A stretch of DNA of 64,000 bases. Source: an uncultured Gammaproteobacteria bacterium (GTDB lineage: Bacteria; Pseudomonadota; Gammaproteobacteria; CAWCPV01). Both the position numbers and the translations under genes were made by a program. Each line of letters opens with the position of its first letter. Position 1 is the first letter of the stretch. Of the stretch, positions 12,400 through 21,995 are shown in pieces. The notes under the pieces are model-generated. The model was not told the DNA's origin, did no database searches, and saw only the letters and a program-made list of their open reading frames with translations. The DNA lies in the NCBI GenBank assembly GCA_963797555.1, contig CAWCPV010000020.1, positions 32,001 to 96,000 of the forward strand. The letters are read 5' to 3'.

Positions 12400-12992
12400 C
12401 AACGCGCCGGTGAGGTCGCTGCCGTCCAGTTAGAGGGAGTCGAAGAAGTACGCACTGAGCGGCACGGAGCCCCCGCACCGCCGCCGTCTGCTCCAGACGG
12501 CCGCAGTTACGTTGTTCCACCGGAACACCCGGACCGGGGTCCCCCGCCTTGTGCACCTGCATCCGGCCAGGCGATCCGCTTGGCCGAGGACGCTCCTGTC
12601 GCTACCGATTTCCACCAGCAGCATGGCCGTGCCGATGAGAGCGACGCCCGGCAGGGTTTTGAGCCAACAGGCGCCGGCTGGCCAACTGCAGGACCTCGTG
12701 GAGAGCGGCCCCCCTTGGATGAGGGCCTTGACCATGGCACAGGCCGATTGGCGCTGACCATTACCCCCAAACGGATGCTGCCATCGGTGAGCACCTTGTG
12801 CAGCCTCTTCTCCGAGGCAAGCTGCCCGACCAGCTTCTGGCGCTGCCGGGCGATCAGGCGCAACTCGCGCAGTTTGGCCGGGGGGACGAAGGAGCCGTGC
12901 CACAAACCGGCCAGAGCCAGCATGGCCAGCCACTGGGCATCACCGATGTCGGTCTTGCGCCCCGAGAACTATTTGACGTGGCGGGCGTTGAC
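12400..12992 (-). pseudogene. IS110-family transposase remnant
   Basis: VNARHVK*..GRKTDIGDAQWLA..GSFVPP..LRELRLIARQRQKL and TLPGV...LLVEIG segments, with stops and frameshifts. Confidence 0.8.
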
Positions 12993-13107
12993 CTCTCCCC
13001 GCCGTCTCCCACCCCTGAGTTTCTTTCATCCTCTGGGGTGGCGCCGGATGCAATGATCGTTGGGAGGGGAAGAGGGCAGCCTACGGTCGGGGCTGCCCGC
13101 GGGGCGA

Positions 13108-13425
13108 TTACTTCAGGCCCATGCAGTTGGCATAGTACGTCACCGTGGCGGGCCAGTCGGAGAAGATCCCCAGGATTTTCACCTTGCGGGCCAGCACGTC
13201 CAGGGCCTTGTACATGTCGCTGTCCTTTTTGATTGCCTTGCCTTCCGGATCGAACAAGTAGTATAAGCCGGCGTTTGCGGCGCCTTGGCGCAGGTCAGAG
13301 CGCTCGAAGGTCCAGGTGATGATGTCCAGGCCCGCTTTTTTGATGTCCGTTGCGTACTCGGATGGGACCACTTCGCCGGCATCGTTCACCGCGAGCAGCG
13401 CAAACATGGGCGGGGCGAAGACATC
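13108..13425 (-). pseudogene. C-terminal fragment of glycerophosphodiester phosphodiesterase
   Basis: VVPSEYA..IKKAGLDIITWTFERS...LDVLA..V.ILGIFSDWPATVTYYANCMGL; the N-terminus is missing. Confidence 0.75.
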
Positions 13426-13555
13426 GGCACTGAGCGAATCCGCCCGGCTACGGCGCAGACACAGCACGAATCCCTAGCGGCGTGGGGTGGTCGTCATCCC
13501 TGTTGGCCTCTCAGGCGCATCGGTCGGCTGGCGTCGCTGGCGTTATCGCCGCCGG

Positions 13556-13990
13556 TCAGTGCTGCAGCAACGTCAAGCGAGTTGCCTTCAGCAGGCGCCG
13601 AAAGCCCTTGTCGAAGCTCACGAGATGGCCGTGGTTCGACTCGACGGCGGCCGCGATCCAGGCATCCGGGATGTCATTGCCGGTCAGGCGGTGCCGCTCG
13701 CACAGATCCAGCAAGACCGGCCACTCCCGACCGAGCGGGGGCATATCGACGCCGGGGGACTCCAGCACGACGCGCAGGAACGTCACGGCGGCTTCCACCG
13801 GCGTGGGCTGGACGAAGACACGCGGATGCGTGACCAGGCGCAGGAATCCGGCGGCTACCATCGGCAAGACGGTCAGGGTCCGTCCCTCCGCGCACGCGTC
13901 CAGAGCCGAGTCCAGCCAGGCTCGCGCTGATTCGTGGTGCGGGTGGTCGGCGCGCGAGGCGGCGACCAGCACATTCACGTCGGGGGTCAT
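13556..13990 (-). CDS. vapC: VapC-family PIN toxin
   Basis: PDVNVLVAA, GFLRLVTHPRVF, GNDIPDAWIAA, LVSFDKGF. Confidence 0.9.
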   Translation of the reverse strand: MTPDVNVLVAASRADHPHHESARAWLDSALDACAEGRTLTVLPMVAAGFLRLVTHPRVFVQPTPVEAAVTFLRVVLESPGVDMPPLGREWPVLLDLCERHRLTGNDIPDAWIAAAVESNHGHLVSFDKGFRRLLKATRLTLLQH

Positions 13991-14250
13991 GTCCCCTCGT
14001 CCGCCTCGGTCCAGTCGTTAGTGGCGTCCAGCAGGGCACGGTGGCTGGTGGGGTCCGCAACCGCTGCTGTAAGTCCACCGACTCCTGCGAATACCGGGAG
14101 CGGGGGACGGGCACGTTGGAGTTTAGCCGGCGGCCGCAGCCGTAGCGCGAGCGCTTCCTCGATTAGACGGGTCAGGGTCGTGTGCTCCTGCGCGGCCACG
14201 GCCTTGGCCCGGGTCAGCAAGGCATCGTCGATGTCGAGGGTCGTTCTCAT
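13987..14250 (-). CDS. vapB: VapB-type antitoxin (RHH)
   Basis: MRTTLDIDDALL..AK..A......LT.LIEEAL; 4-bp overlap with vapC. Confidence 0.88.
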   Translation of the reverse strand: MRTTLDIDDALLTRAKAVAAQEHTTLTRLIEEALALRLRPPAKLQRARPPLPVFAGVGGLTAAVADPTSHRALLDATNDWTEADEGT

Positions 14251-15028
14251 GGGTGGAGCACCGATGCAGATTTCTGCATCATCCTATTATCGAGCGACGA
14301 CCCTGTCAATTCGGATCCCTGTTGCAGACAATGCCTGCTTCCGGTCGTTTTCGGACAGAGCGCCTGGACTATAGCCCGCTCCTCGCCCATGGTCAGCCCC
14401 TGGCGGCAGCGCGGCCAGGCCCAGAGTCAGGGCGAGAATGTGAGCGCTGTGGAACCACTCGGGGTCGAAGGCATGCGGCCAGGCGCAGCTCCAGCACCAA
14501 CCGCCCGTCGAAACCGGTGGCATGCAGCGCCACATCGAAAGCCGAACCGGGTGTCCACCAGCTTGCCACACAGCTCGTAGCGCTGCCCGCCGGCCCGCGC
14601 TGCAATGCGGCACAGGTAAACGAAGGCAGGCCAGGGAGGGGAGCCAGGGTGCGTCTGCGCGACCCATGCCCGGCGGTTGCTCAGGGCCTCCTGAGCGAAT
14701 CCCTTGTAGCCGTGGAAGCTGTTAGCGGGCCAGAGTGAGGGCGGCACCCAACAGCTCGGCCTCACCGACCTCGGGTCTGCCTGACCCGCTCCGGGCCGGG
14801 ACCGGAAGCCATTTGCGACCACTCGCTCCAGCGCCAAACGACATGCGGGGTGCCGACGCGAAAGATTCCACGCGCTGATCCTGATCGACCGCAGCCACCG
14901 CGCCGGGCGGGCCTCTATATCTCTCGCGTTCCCGGTCCTCCACCCCGACCCGGGCCGAAAGCTTGCGGCCCCGTCACCGCATATCCCCCGGGTGAGAGAA
15001 TCGAGCCCGGTCACCGGAGGAGCATCCC

Positions 15029-16174
15029 ATGGAAGTGTCTTTTTACCGGCTCACCTGGCACGCCCAGCTCGCGGCTGGCGCCTTGCTGTTCGTGTTGTCG
15101 CTCGCGATCGAGGCCGCCGTGCTTACCGAATACTTGACCAACGCGGTCCTCGCCGCGCCGCTCGCCCTCGGCCTGGAAGTCAGCAAGGCGGTGACCATCG
15201 TGCTCCACCGCTTCCTCACCGGGCAGGACCGGGGCAGCTACCCGGCGTCGGTACGCTCCATCGTTCTCGTTTTTCGAGCGGCCCTGCTGGTGCTGTCCGC
15301 TCTATGCTCGCTGATGTACCTCGCCCACAAGCTCGATCGCCCGCACCTGGAAGCGGTCCGCCAAGCCGACCTGGCGAGTATAGAACACGCCTATACGGCC
15401 GATCGCTCCCGCCTCGAGCGACAGTTCGCGCGCCAAGGGACCGAGACCGACAAGGTGGTCGCCGCCCGTTTCGCACAACTGCGGGAGCAGGCCGCAGACG
15501 GTTACCGGCCCGCCATCCGGGGCCTGCAAGCCCAGCTCACCGTGGAAATGGACAACTCCGTGAAAGGGAACTTCGTCGGCCCTCGCTACCGGACGATCGC
15601 TTCGCGCCTCGAGCAGGAGAAGTCCGCGTACCGGGAGCGCCTGGATGGACTCGCCGAGCGGGAGGCACGGGAGCGCGCCGAGAGCTTGGGCTCGCTCCGC
15701 GACGCGCAGGAGCGGGACCTGTCGCGGCTGCGCAGCGTCTTCGAGGCTCGTGCGGCGCATCTGCGCGGCGAAGATTATGCGGGAGATAGCCGGGTGGAGA
15801 ACCCCATGATCACCGCCTTCACTCGGGTGGTGCATCGGGTCACCGGCCTCGACCTGGACCCCCTGCTGTTCATCTTCCTGTTTTCGGTCTTTATCAGCCT
15901 CCTCATGGAGCTTGGCATCGTGGCGAGCTTCGAGACGCTCACCAGCTCCCACCTGCCGATCCTCTCTGCGGCCCACCGCATGAAGCTCCAGGTCACCAAG
16001 CACCGGATCGAGTCCGAGGGAGACTTGCAGACCGCCCGGATCGACGACGCGGCACAGCGCCAGAGAACGGCAGGATGGGTACGGGACATCGCTCGTTCAG
16101 TCGGCTTCGGCGCGGGCGGCCTCGACCGCAAGCTTGCGGATCCGGCGGAGCCCGGCGGATCTGGTTTCAAATAG
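15029..16174 (+). CDS. Uncharacterised membrane protein: 3 TM, long coiled coil, TM, tail (DUF4407-like architecture)
   Basis: GGAGGAG RBS; hydrophobic N-terminal helices; heptad-rich middle with GPRY motif; C-terminal TM LLFIFLFSVFISLLMELGIV. Confidence 0.75.
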   Translation: MEVSFYRLTWHAQLAAGALLFVLSLAIEAAVLTEYLTNAVLAAPLALGLEVSKAVTIVLHRFLTGQDRGSYPASVRSIVLVFRAALLVLSALCSLMYLAHKLDRPHLEAVRQADLASIEHAYTADRSRLERQFARQGTETDKVVAARFAQLREQAADGYRPAIRGLQAQLTVEMDNSVKGNFVGPRYRTIASRLEQEKSAYRERLDGLAEREARERAESLGSLRDAQERDLSRLRSVFEARAAHLRGEDYAGDSRVENPMITAFTRVVHRVTGLDLDPLLFIFLFSVFISLLMELGIVASFETLTSSHLPILSAAHRMKLQVTKHRIESEGDLQTARIDDAAQRQRTAGWVRDIARSVGFGAGGLDRKLADPAEPGGSGFK

Positions 16175-16210
16175 ACACGGATCACATCACAACTTGGAGG
16201 GACAGCAGCC

Positions 16211-16756
16211 ATGCCTGAAAACCGCGGGTCGGGAGACTCCCACACCGCCACCTACCACCCGGAGATCCTCCGGGCGCCGGTGGCGGACAACTCGGCGCTG
16301 GTCGACTCGGCGCTCGCCGCGCACCGGCAGAACTTCCTGCTCCGCCTGTTCCCGAACGACCAGGAGCGGGCGGTGCGCGGCCATGAGCTGGACCAGATCA
16401 AGGCCGGCTTCGAGTTCCGCCGCCGTGCCCTGCAGATGGCGGTGGAGACGAAGCTCCAGGCCATGGAGGAGATGTGCAACCACGTCCTGGTCACCGGCAA
16501 GAGCGAGATCCGCCGGCAGCGCCAGGAGTTCTTCGCCGAGCAGCAGCTCAAGCTGCAGACGGCCATGGACCAGCACGCGGAGCGCTTCAACACCCGCCTG
16601 GAGCGGCGTCTGGCGGAGCTTCAGCGTTACCAGAACCCGCAGCTCCGGCAGCGGGAGGAGCAGCGCCTGCTGCGGGCGCTGGATCAGTTCCACGAGATGA
16701 TCGAGCAGCTCTCCCAGGACTTCATGGCCATCATCCATGAAGGCGTCCACCGCTGA
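16211..16756 (+). CDS. Uncharacterised soluble alpha-helical/coiled-coil protein directly upstream of cas2
   Basis: GGAGG RBS; strong GC3 codon bias; rich in E/Q/R/L; 26 bp before cas2. Confidence 0.8.
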   Translation: MPENRGSGDSHTATYHPEILRAPVADNSALVDSALAAHRQNFLLRLFPNDQERAVRGHELDQIKAGFEFRRRALQMAVETKLQAMEEMCNHVLVTGKSEIRRQRQEFFAEQQLKLQTAMDQHAERFNTRLERRLAELQRYQNPQLRQREEQRLLRALDQFHEMIEQLSQDFMAIIHEGVHR

Positions 16757-16782
16757 GGGGCGCGGAGCCCGGAGGACGAAGC

Positions 16783-17067
16783 TTGACCACACAGCCCGCC
16801 ATCATCGCCTACGACATCGCGAGCGACGCCACCCGGCGGCGGGTGCGCCAGGTGGTCCAGGAGTGGCGCCTCGACGGCCAGAAGTCGGTGCACGAGTGCC
16901 TGCTGACGGAGGCCCAGGCGCAGGAGCTGTTCCTGCAGCTCGCCGAGACGTTGTCGGGCACTCGGGACCGGTTGCTGCTCGCCTGGGTGGCGCCTCACCG
17001 GGCGTGCATGGCGCGCGGGAAAGGCCGGATCGGCGGCCCGCCCTTCGGGGCGGCACGGGTGATATGA
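16783..17067 (+). CDS. cas2: CRISPR-associated Cas2 (first copy)
   Basis: IIAYDIAS..RRRV, QKSVHEC and DRL motifs; TTG start with GGAGG RBS. Confidence 0.9.
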   Translation: MTTQPAIIAYDIASDATRRRVRQVVQEWRLDGQKSVHECLLTEAQAQELFLQLAETLSGTRDRLLLAWVAPHRACMARGKGRIGGPPFGAARVI

Positions 17068-17071
17068 GGCG

Positions 17072-17432
17072 ATGGCCAAACGCGGCTGGTATCTGCTCGC
17101 CTACGACATCGCCTGCCCGCGCCGGCTGCAGAGGGTGCAGCGGCTCCTGAAGGGCGAAGGGCTCGCGGCGCAGCTCTCGGTGTTTTTCGTGTTCGGGTCG
17201 CAGGCCGAGGTCTCGGGGCTCCTCGACCGTGTGGCGGAGCGGATCCACGTCCGGGAAGACGATGTCCGCTGCTGGCCGATTCGACCATCCGGGGGCGGTG
17301 TGGTTCCACGGCGAGCCCCCAGTCAAAGGCCCCCTGGCACCGCCGGGCCGCAGACCTCGGCCCGAACAGGCGGAGAGCAAGAAACGGCGCGGCTCGGCGG
17401 TGCTCCGTATCCTGGGGAGGTGGCGGGCTTGA
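17072..17432 (+). CDS. cas2: CRISPR-associated Cas2 (second copy; probable single-base indel near 17280)
   Basis: YLLAYDIACPRRLQRV, QLSVF, EDDVR. Removing one base near 17280 gives ...WPIDHPGAVWFHG...RWRA ending at TGA 17432, which overlaps the cas1 TTG. Confidence 0.8.
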
Positions 17433-18469
17433 CCGGGGAGTTGCTGGTGGTGCTCGACCGTCGGGAAAGCACGGTTCGGCTCGAGGGTCGCGCCTTGCGC
17501 GTCCAGCATGCAGGCGGATGGGAGCGCATCCCCCTGGGGCTGGTGGGCCTGGTGGTGGTCCACGGGAGCCCCTCGGTGTCTTGCGACGTCTGGCGCGCCC
17601 TGGCGGAGCGCGGCGTGCCCGCGGTCATGCTGCCGTCGCGGGGCACCGGCGCGGCCGCCTGGGCCGGTGCCGGGCTGTCCACCAGCATCCAGGTACGGCG
17701 GCGCCAGCACCGGGCGGCCTCGGACCCTCCGCAACGCCTCGCGGTGGCGCGGGAGATTGTGCTGGCCAAGCTGTCTGCCCAGCGAGCCCTCGTACAGGGA
17801 CTGGGTTCCGGCACGATCCCGGTCCTGTTCGACACGGGGGGGACCGCCGCCCTGGTGGCGACGCTGGACAGCCAGTTGGCCGCGGCCCGCACGGCTCCCG
17901 ACCCAACCACCCTCATGGGGGCCGAAGGGGCAGCCGCCTCAGCCTGGTACCAATGGCTCTGCGAACATTTGCCGGGCCGCTGGCGCTTCAGCGGCCGCAA
18001 CCGCCGCCCACCGCGCGACCCGGTCAACGCACTGCTCTCCCTCACCTACACCCTCGCCATGACCGAGGCCCGGTACCAGCTCGAAGCCGCCGGGCTGGAC
18101 CCCGCCTTGGGCTTCCTGCATGGGGTGGTGCCCGGAAGAGACTCCCTGATGCTGGACGTGGTGGAGCCGCTGCGTCCAGGTGTCGACGCTTTCGTGCTGC
18201 GCCTGCTCGAACGGGTGGTCGAGCCGCGGGACTTTCACTACAGCCAGCGGGACGGCTGCCGGCTCAACAAAGCGGCGCGGGGAACGTATTACCAGGCGTG
18301 GGCCGCCTATCGCCTGGAATGGCCGGACCTCGAAGCGCGCGCTGCCGCCGGCAGCGAAGAAGAAGCGCCTGCTTACGCAGGCACGCTCTCCGGTGCCGCC
18401 TGGCGGGTCGTCCAATCCTTGCGGCGTCTCCTGCCCGACTTGGGCGACGAGCCCCAGTCCGATGGGTAA
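17429..18469 (+). CDS. cas1: CRISPR-associated integrase Cas1
   Basis: LMGAEGAAA, FSGRNRRPPRDPVNALLSLTY, GLDPALGFLH and SLMLDVVEPLRP; catalytic E, H and D/E are present. Confidence 0.93.
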   Translation: MTGELLVVLDRRESTVRLEGRALRVQHAGGWERIPLGLVGLVVVHGSPSVSCDVWRALAERGVPAVMLPSRGTGAAAWAGAGLSTSIQVRRRQHRAASDPPQRLAVAREIVLAKLSAQRALVQGLGSGTIPVLFDTGGTAALVATLDSQLAAARTAPDPTTLMGAEGAAASAWYQWLCEHLPGRWRFSGRNRRPPRDPVNALLSLTYTLAMTEARYQLEAAGLDPALGFLHGVVPGRDSLMLDVVEPLRPGVDAFVLRLLERVVEPRDFHYSQRDGCRLNKAARGTYYQAWAAYRLEWPDLEARAAAGSEEEAPAYAGTLSGAAWRVVQSLRRLLPDLGDEPQSDG

Positions 18470-19296
18470 GCTGCTGGACCGGGCACTGACGCCCGATGCC
18501 GTCAACCGCGCCTGGAAGAGCGTCCGAAACGACCGCGCACCGTGGCATGTCGGGATGAGCAGGACGGAAATGGAACGGAATCTTGCGACCCACCTGCTGC
18601 GCCTGGTCGATGATCTGCGACAGGGCCGGTACCGCCCCGATGCCATGAGGCAATTTACGATCGCCAAGGGAGACGGCCGCCAGCGCGTGCTCTCCGCCCT
18701 CACCCTGCGGGACAAGCTGGCGCAGCGCGCGGTCCTGTCGGTTCTCGAGCCCATCGGCGAACAACTGTTCCACCACGACAGCTTCGGCTACCGGGCCGGG
18801 CGCAACGTCGCCATGGCGCTGGCACGGGTCCGGGAGCGGGTGCACTGCGGTCTTCCCTGGCTGGTGGACGCGGACATTCGGGCGTTCTTCGATAACATCC
18901 CCCACCGCCCGCTGCGCAAGGCGCTGGCGCGTGTCGTCCCGGACCGGGAGGTCCTGCACCTCATCGACCAGTGGCTCGAGGTCGGCACGTACCACACCGG
19001 CATCCTCACCGGCCCCCGGGGGGTCCCCCAGGGGGCTGTCATCTCTCCGTTTCTCTGCAACGTCTACCTGCACCAGCTCGACGGACGGCATGCGCGAAGC
19101 GGCGTACCCTTCGTTCGTTATGCCGACGACTTCCTGCTGTTCGCTCCCGACGAGCGGACGGCCGCCAAGGCCCTGAAGCTCGTCGGCGTATACCTGCGGG
19201 AGTCTCGACCTCGAGCTCCACCCCGAAAAGACCCGGGTAGTGCTCTCCGGACCCCAGGTCAGCTTCCTCGGACAACCGCTGCCTGCGCCGCCGTGA
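18462..19296 (+). CDS. Stand-alone CRISPR-associated reverse transcriptase (group II intron-like, short; probable indel near 19199)
   Basis: SFGYR.GR, DADIRAFFDNIPH, GVPQGAVISPFLCNVYLHQLD and FVRYADDF. The shifted frame supplies LELHPEKT..SFLG and stops at 19296. The ATG overlaps the cas1 end. Confidence 0.9.
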
Positions 19297-19663
19297 CATC
19301 GTACGAGCCTAGCTAGCCTACCGCCCCCGCGCCATCCTCAAGCGCCGCAGGCGCTCTCTGCCCCCGCGCGCCCCCATCCCTACCCCTGCTCCCCGCGGCA
19401 GATGAAAACGGCCGCTGCGCCCACCACGACCGTGGACAGCGGCCGGGGGTCAGCTACGAAAGGGAGGAGTGACGCAACCCGTGATGGCGAGCAAGCGCCC
19501 ACATATCCCGATCTGCCAAACATCGCCAACATGGTCTACACTACACTTGGTTTCCAACCGAGACCGTACCGACATGCGTGTAGCTAACTCCCTCGAACAG
19601 TTTCCGTGTCGCCGCGGCAACGCCCAACCGCCTGCTGGCCGTGGCTGTCTCGCGGCAGGGGGG
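19297..19663 (+). promoter_or_regulatory. Probable CRISPR leader
   Basis: Non-coding stretch between the RT gene and the first intact repeat; the degenerate repeats lie at the opposite end of the array. Confidence 0.6.
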
Positions 19664-21894
19664 GGCAGAACGCAGACCTGATGAAGAAGGGATTGAGACA
19701 AGCCTAAACTTCCGCTTTCACTCCCCACGTCGGCAGAACGCAGACCTGATGAAGAAGGGATTGAGACTTGACAAGAAGAGCTATTGCCGCATTATGCCAG
19801 AGGCAGAACGCAGACCTGATGAAGAAGGGATTGAGACATCGGCTGCCGCGCATATCCAACTTCCCGATCTCGGGCAGAACGCAGACCTGATGAAGAAGGG
19901 ATTGAGACATGGACGCCCTGAACGGCGCCGTCAACTCCACGGGCAGAACGCAGACCTGATGAAGAAGGGATTGAGACCGGAACAGCCCGGGGACGCCCAT
20001 CGGGATCAGGTGGCAGAACGCAGACCTGATGAAGAAGGGATTGAGACCGTAGCGTTGGGTGACATACTGCACGATGTCAGGGGCAGAACGCAGACCTGAT
20101 GAAGAAGGGATTGAGACCCGAGAGCCTGCTCTATCGGACTTACATCCCCCGGCAGAACGCAGACCTGATGAAGAAGGGATTGAGACACTGGGCGCGCATC
20201 CCGGCCTACACGCGGTAATAGGGCAGAACGCAGACCTGATGAAGAAGGGATTGAGACCTCACCTCTTTCGATACTGGTAAGGTCATCGAGGGCAGAACGC
20301 AGACCTGATGAAGAAGGGATTGAGACTTCCGTGATACCCGCAATAGAGCGTCATCGCCAGGCAGAACGCAGACCTGATGAAGAAGGGATTGAGACGCGTA
20401 TAGAACCTACCGAACGAGATGATCTTTCCGGCAGAACGCAGACCTGATGAAGAAGGGATTGAGACATGAGCCGGCGTAGTCAGCTATCTGTAGGGCAGAA
20501 CGCAGACTGATGAGGGATCAGAACGCAGCACCTGATGACGAAGGGAATGCAGACCTGATGAAGAAGGGATTGAGACTTGCCACTGACACTCGCAGGATCG
20601 ACGGGCAGAACGCAGACCTGATGAAGAAGGGATTGAGACGACTTGGAGCGCCGCATATTCCGCCAATGTGAGGGCAGAACGCAGACCTGATGAAGAAGGG
20701 ATTGAGACCGATGCGATCCATCTCCTCAAAGCGCGCCTCGAGGGCAGAACGCAGACCTGATGAAGAAGGGATTGAGACTTCCCGAAGGCGGACGGACCAT
20801 CCTGTGTACGCCGGCAGAACGCAGACCTGATGAAGAAGGGATTGAGACCTCCCGAAAGAGCTACCAGCGCTGTTCGCCTCCGGCAGAACGCAGACCTGAT
20901 GAAGAAGGGATTGAGACAGATACAACCTCGGCGGTGCGTCGATCAGGACTTGGCAGAACGCAGACCTGATGAAGAAGGGATTGAGACCCATACGTGATTG
21001 CCGCTAGTAATAGATCAATGAAGGCAGAACGCAGACCTGATGAAGAAGGGATTGAGACCGCCTAAGGTAGTCCTCTGTGCTCTCCTTTCCCTGGCAGAAC
21101 GCAGACCTGATGAAGAAGGGATTGAGACAACGTCGCGAAAATCGTGAACGCTCCGGTTGGGGGCAGAACGCAGACCTGATGAAGAAGGGATTGAGACTCC
21201 AGTCCTTTGATGTAATCGCATGGTGCTAACAGGCAGAACGCAGACCTGATGAAGAAGGGATTGAGACAATTTGAGCAAGGCAGGGTCAAACCATTATCTT
21301 GCGGCAGAACGCAGACCTGATGAAGAAGGGATTGAGACGCTATTCGAAGTCGCATTTGACCACCTCCTCGAGGGCAGAACGCAGACCTGATGAAGAAGGG
21401 ATTGAGACACGTGGACGCAGAGCGACACAGTCGAATTGCCAGGGCAGAACGCAGACCTGATGAAGAAGGGATTGAGACGCCGTGATTCCAGCTACCGCCG
21501 TCAATTTCTTGTGGCAGAACGCAGACCTGATGAAGAAGGGATTGAGACCACCTGTCCGGCAGGTAACTGCTAAGGCTTATGGGCAGAACGCAGACCTGAT
21601 GAAGAAGGGATTGATACTGGAGAAAGAGCGGCACACCTCACTTCACCAGCGGCAGAACGCAGACCTGATGAAGAAGGGATTGAGACATGTTCCTCCCGCG
21701 TTATCAGTGGATTGGCGTGGCAGAACGCAGACCTGATGAAGAAGGGATTGAGACCTGTAGGGATGTGGTCGTTTGGATAGAGAGCCGTAGGCCGAACGGA
21801 GACCTGATGAACAAGGGATTACGACGGCGACCGGAAGGTCACCGTGGCCATGTCCCTTGGCGGGACGGGGATCTGGTGAAGAAGGAGTTAGGAC
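19664..21894 (+). CRISPR. CRISPR array with 36-bp repeat GGCAGAACGCAGACCTGATGAAGAAGGGATTGAGAC; about 32 repeats, spacers mostly 32-35 bp
   Basis: Counted by eye: 29 near-identical repeats, one garbled block (20494-20576) and two degenerate terminal repeats (21790-21825, 21859-21894). The ATTGAGAC 3' end fits the 8-nt type III crRNA tag. Confidence 0.98.
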
Positions 21895-21995
21895 GACATT
21901 TTCGACAGCCGATGCGGTCAGCGCGGCGCTGATGTGCCATGGGGGCGGTGGGTGTTGCGAATATCAACGTCACAACGTGGAAAGGAGAAAGCGCC

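Noticed and set aside
14390-15014. Minus-strand ORF pieces upstream of the membrane gene
   Set aside because: No recognisable family and fragmented frames; I cannot support a call.
17072-18469. Apparent 465-aa Cas2-Cas1 fusion in the ORF track
   Set aside because: The linker looks like off-frame sequence. One base removed near 17280 restores a Cas2 C-terminus whose TGA overlaps a TTG start of cas1. It is probably an indel artefact, but a read check is needed.
18462-19296. This RT as the DGR RT for the 52.7-kb target, or as a group II intron
   Set aside because: Its motifs (PQGAVISP, YADD) are group II/CRISPR-like rather than DGR-like, and it is coupled to cas1. I saw no TR, intron domain V or maturase domain.
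20779-20812. Spacer starting TTCCCGAAGGC, reminiscent of antisense 16S rRNA
   Set aside because: The similarity is only about 11 nt and does not extend.
19641-21932. Many ORFs with repeated peptides (AERRPDEEGIET, QNADLMKKGLR)
   Set aside because: These are translations of the CRISPR repeats.
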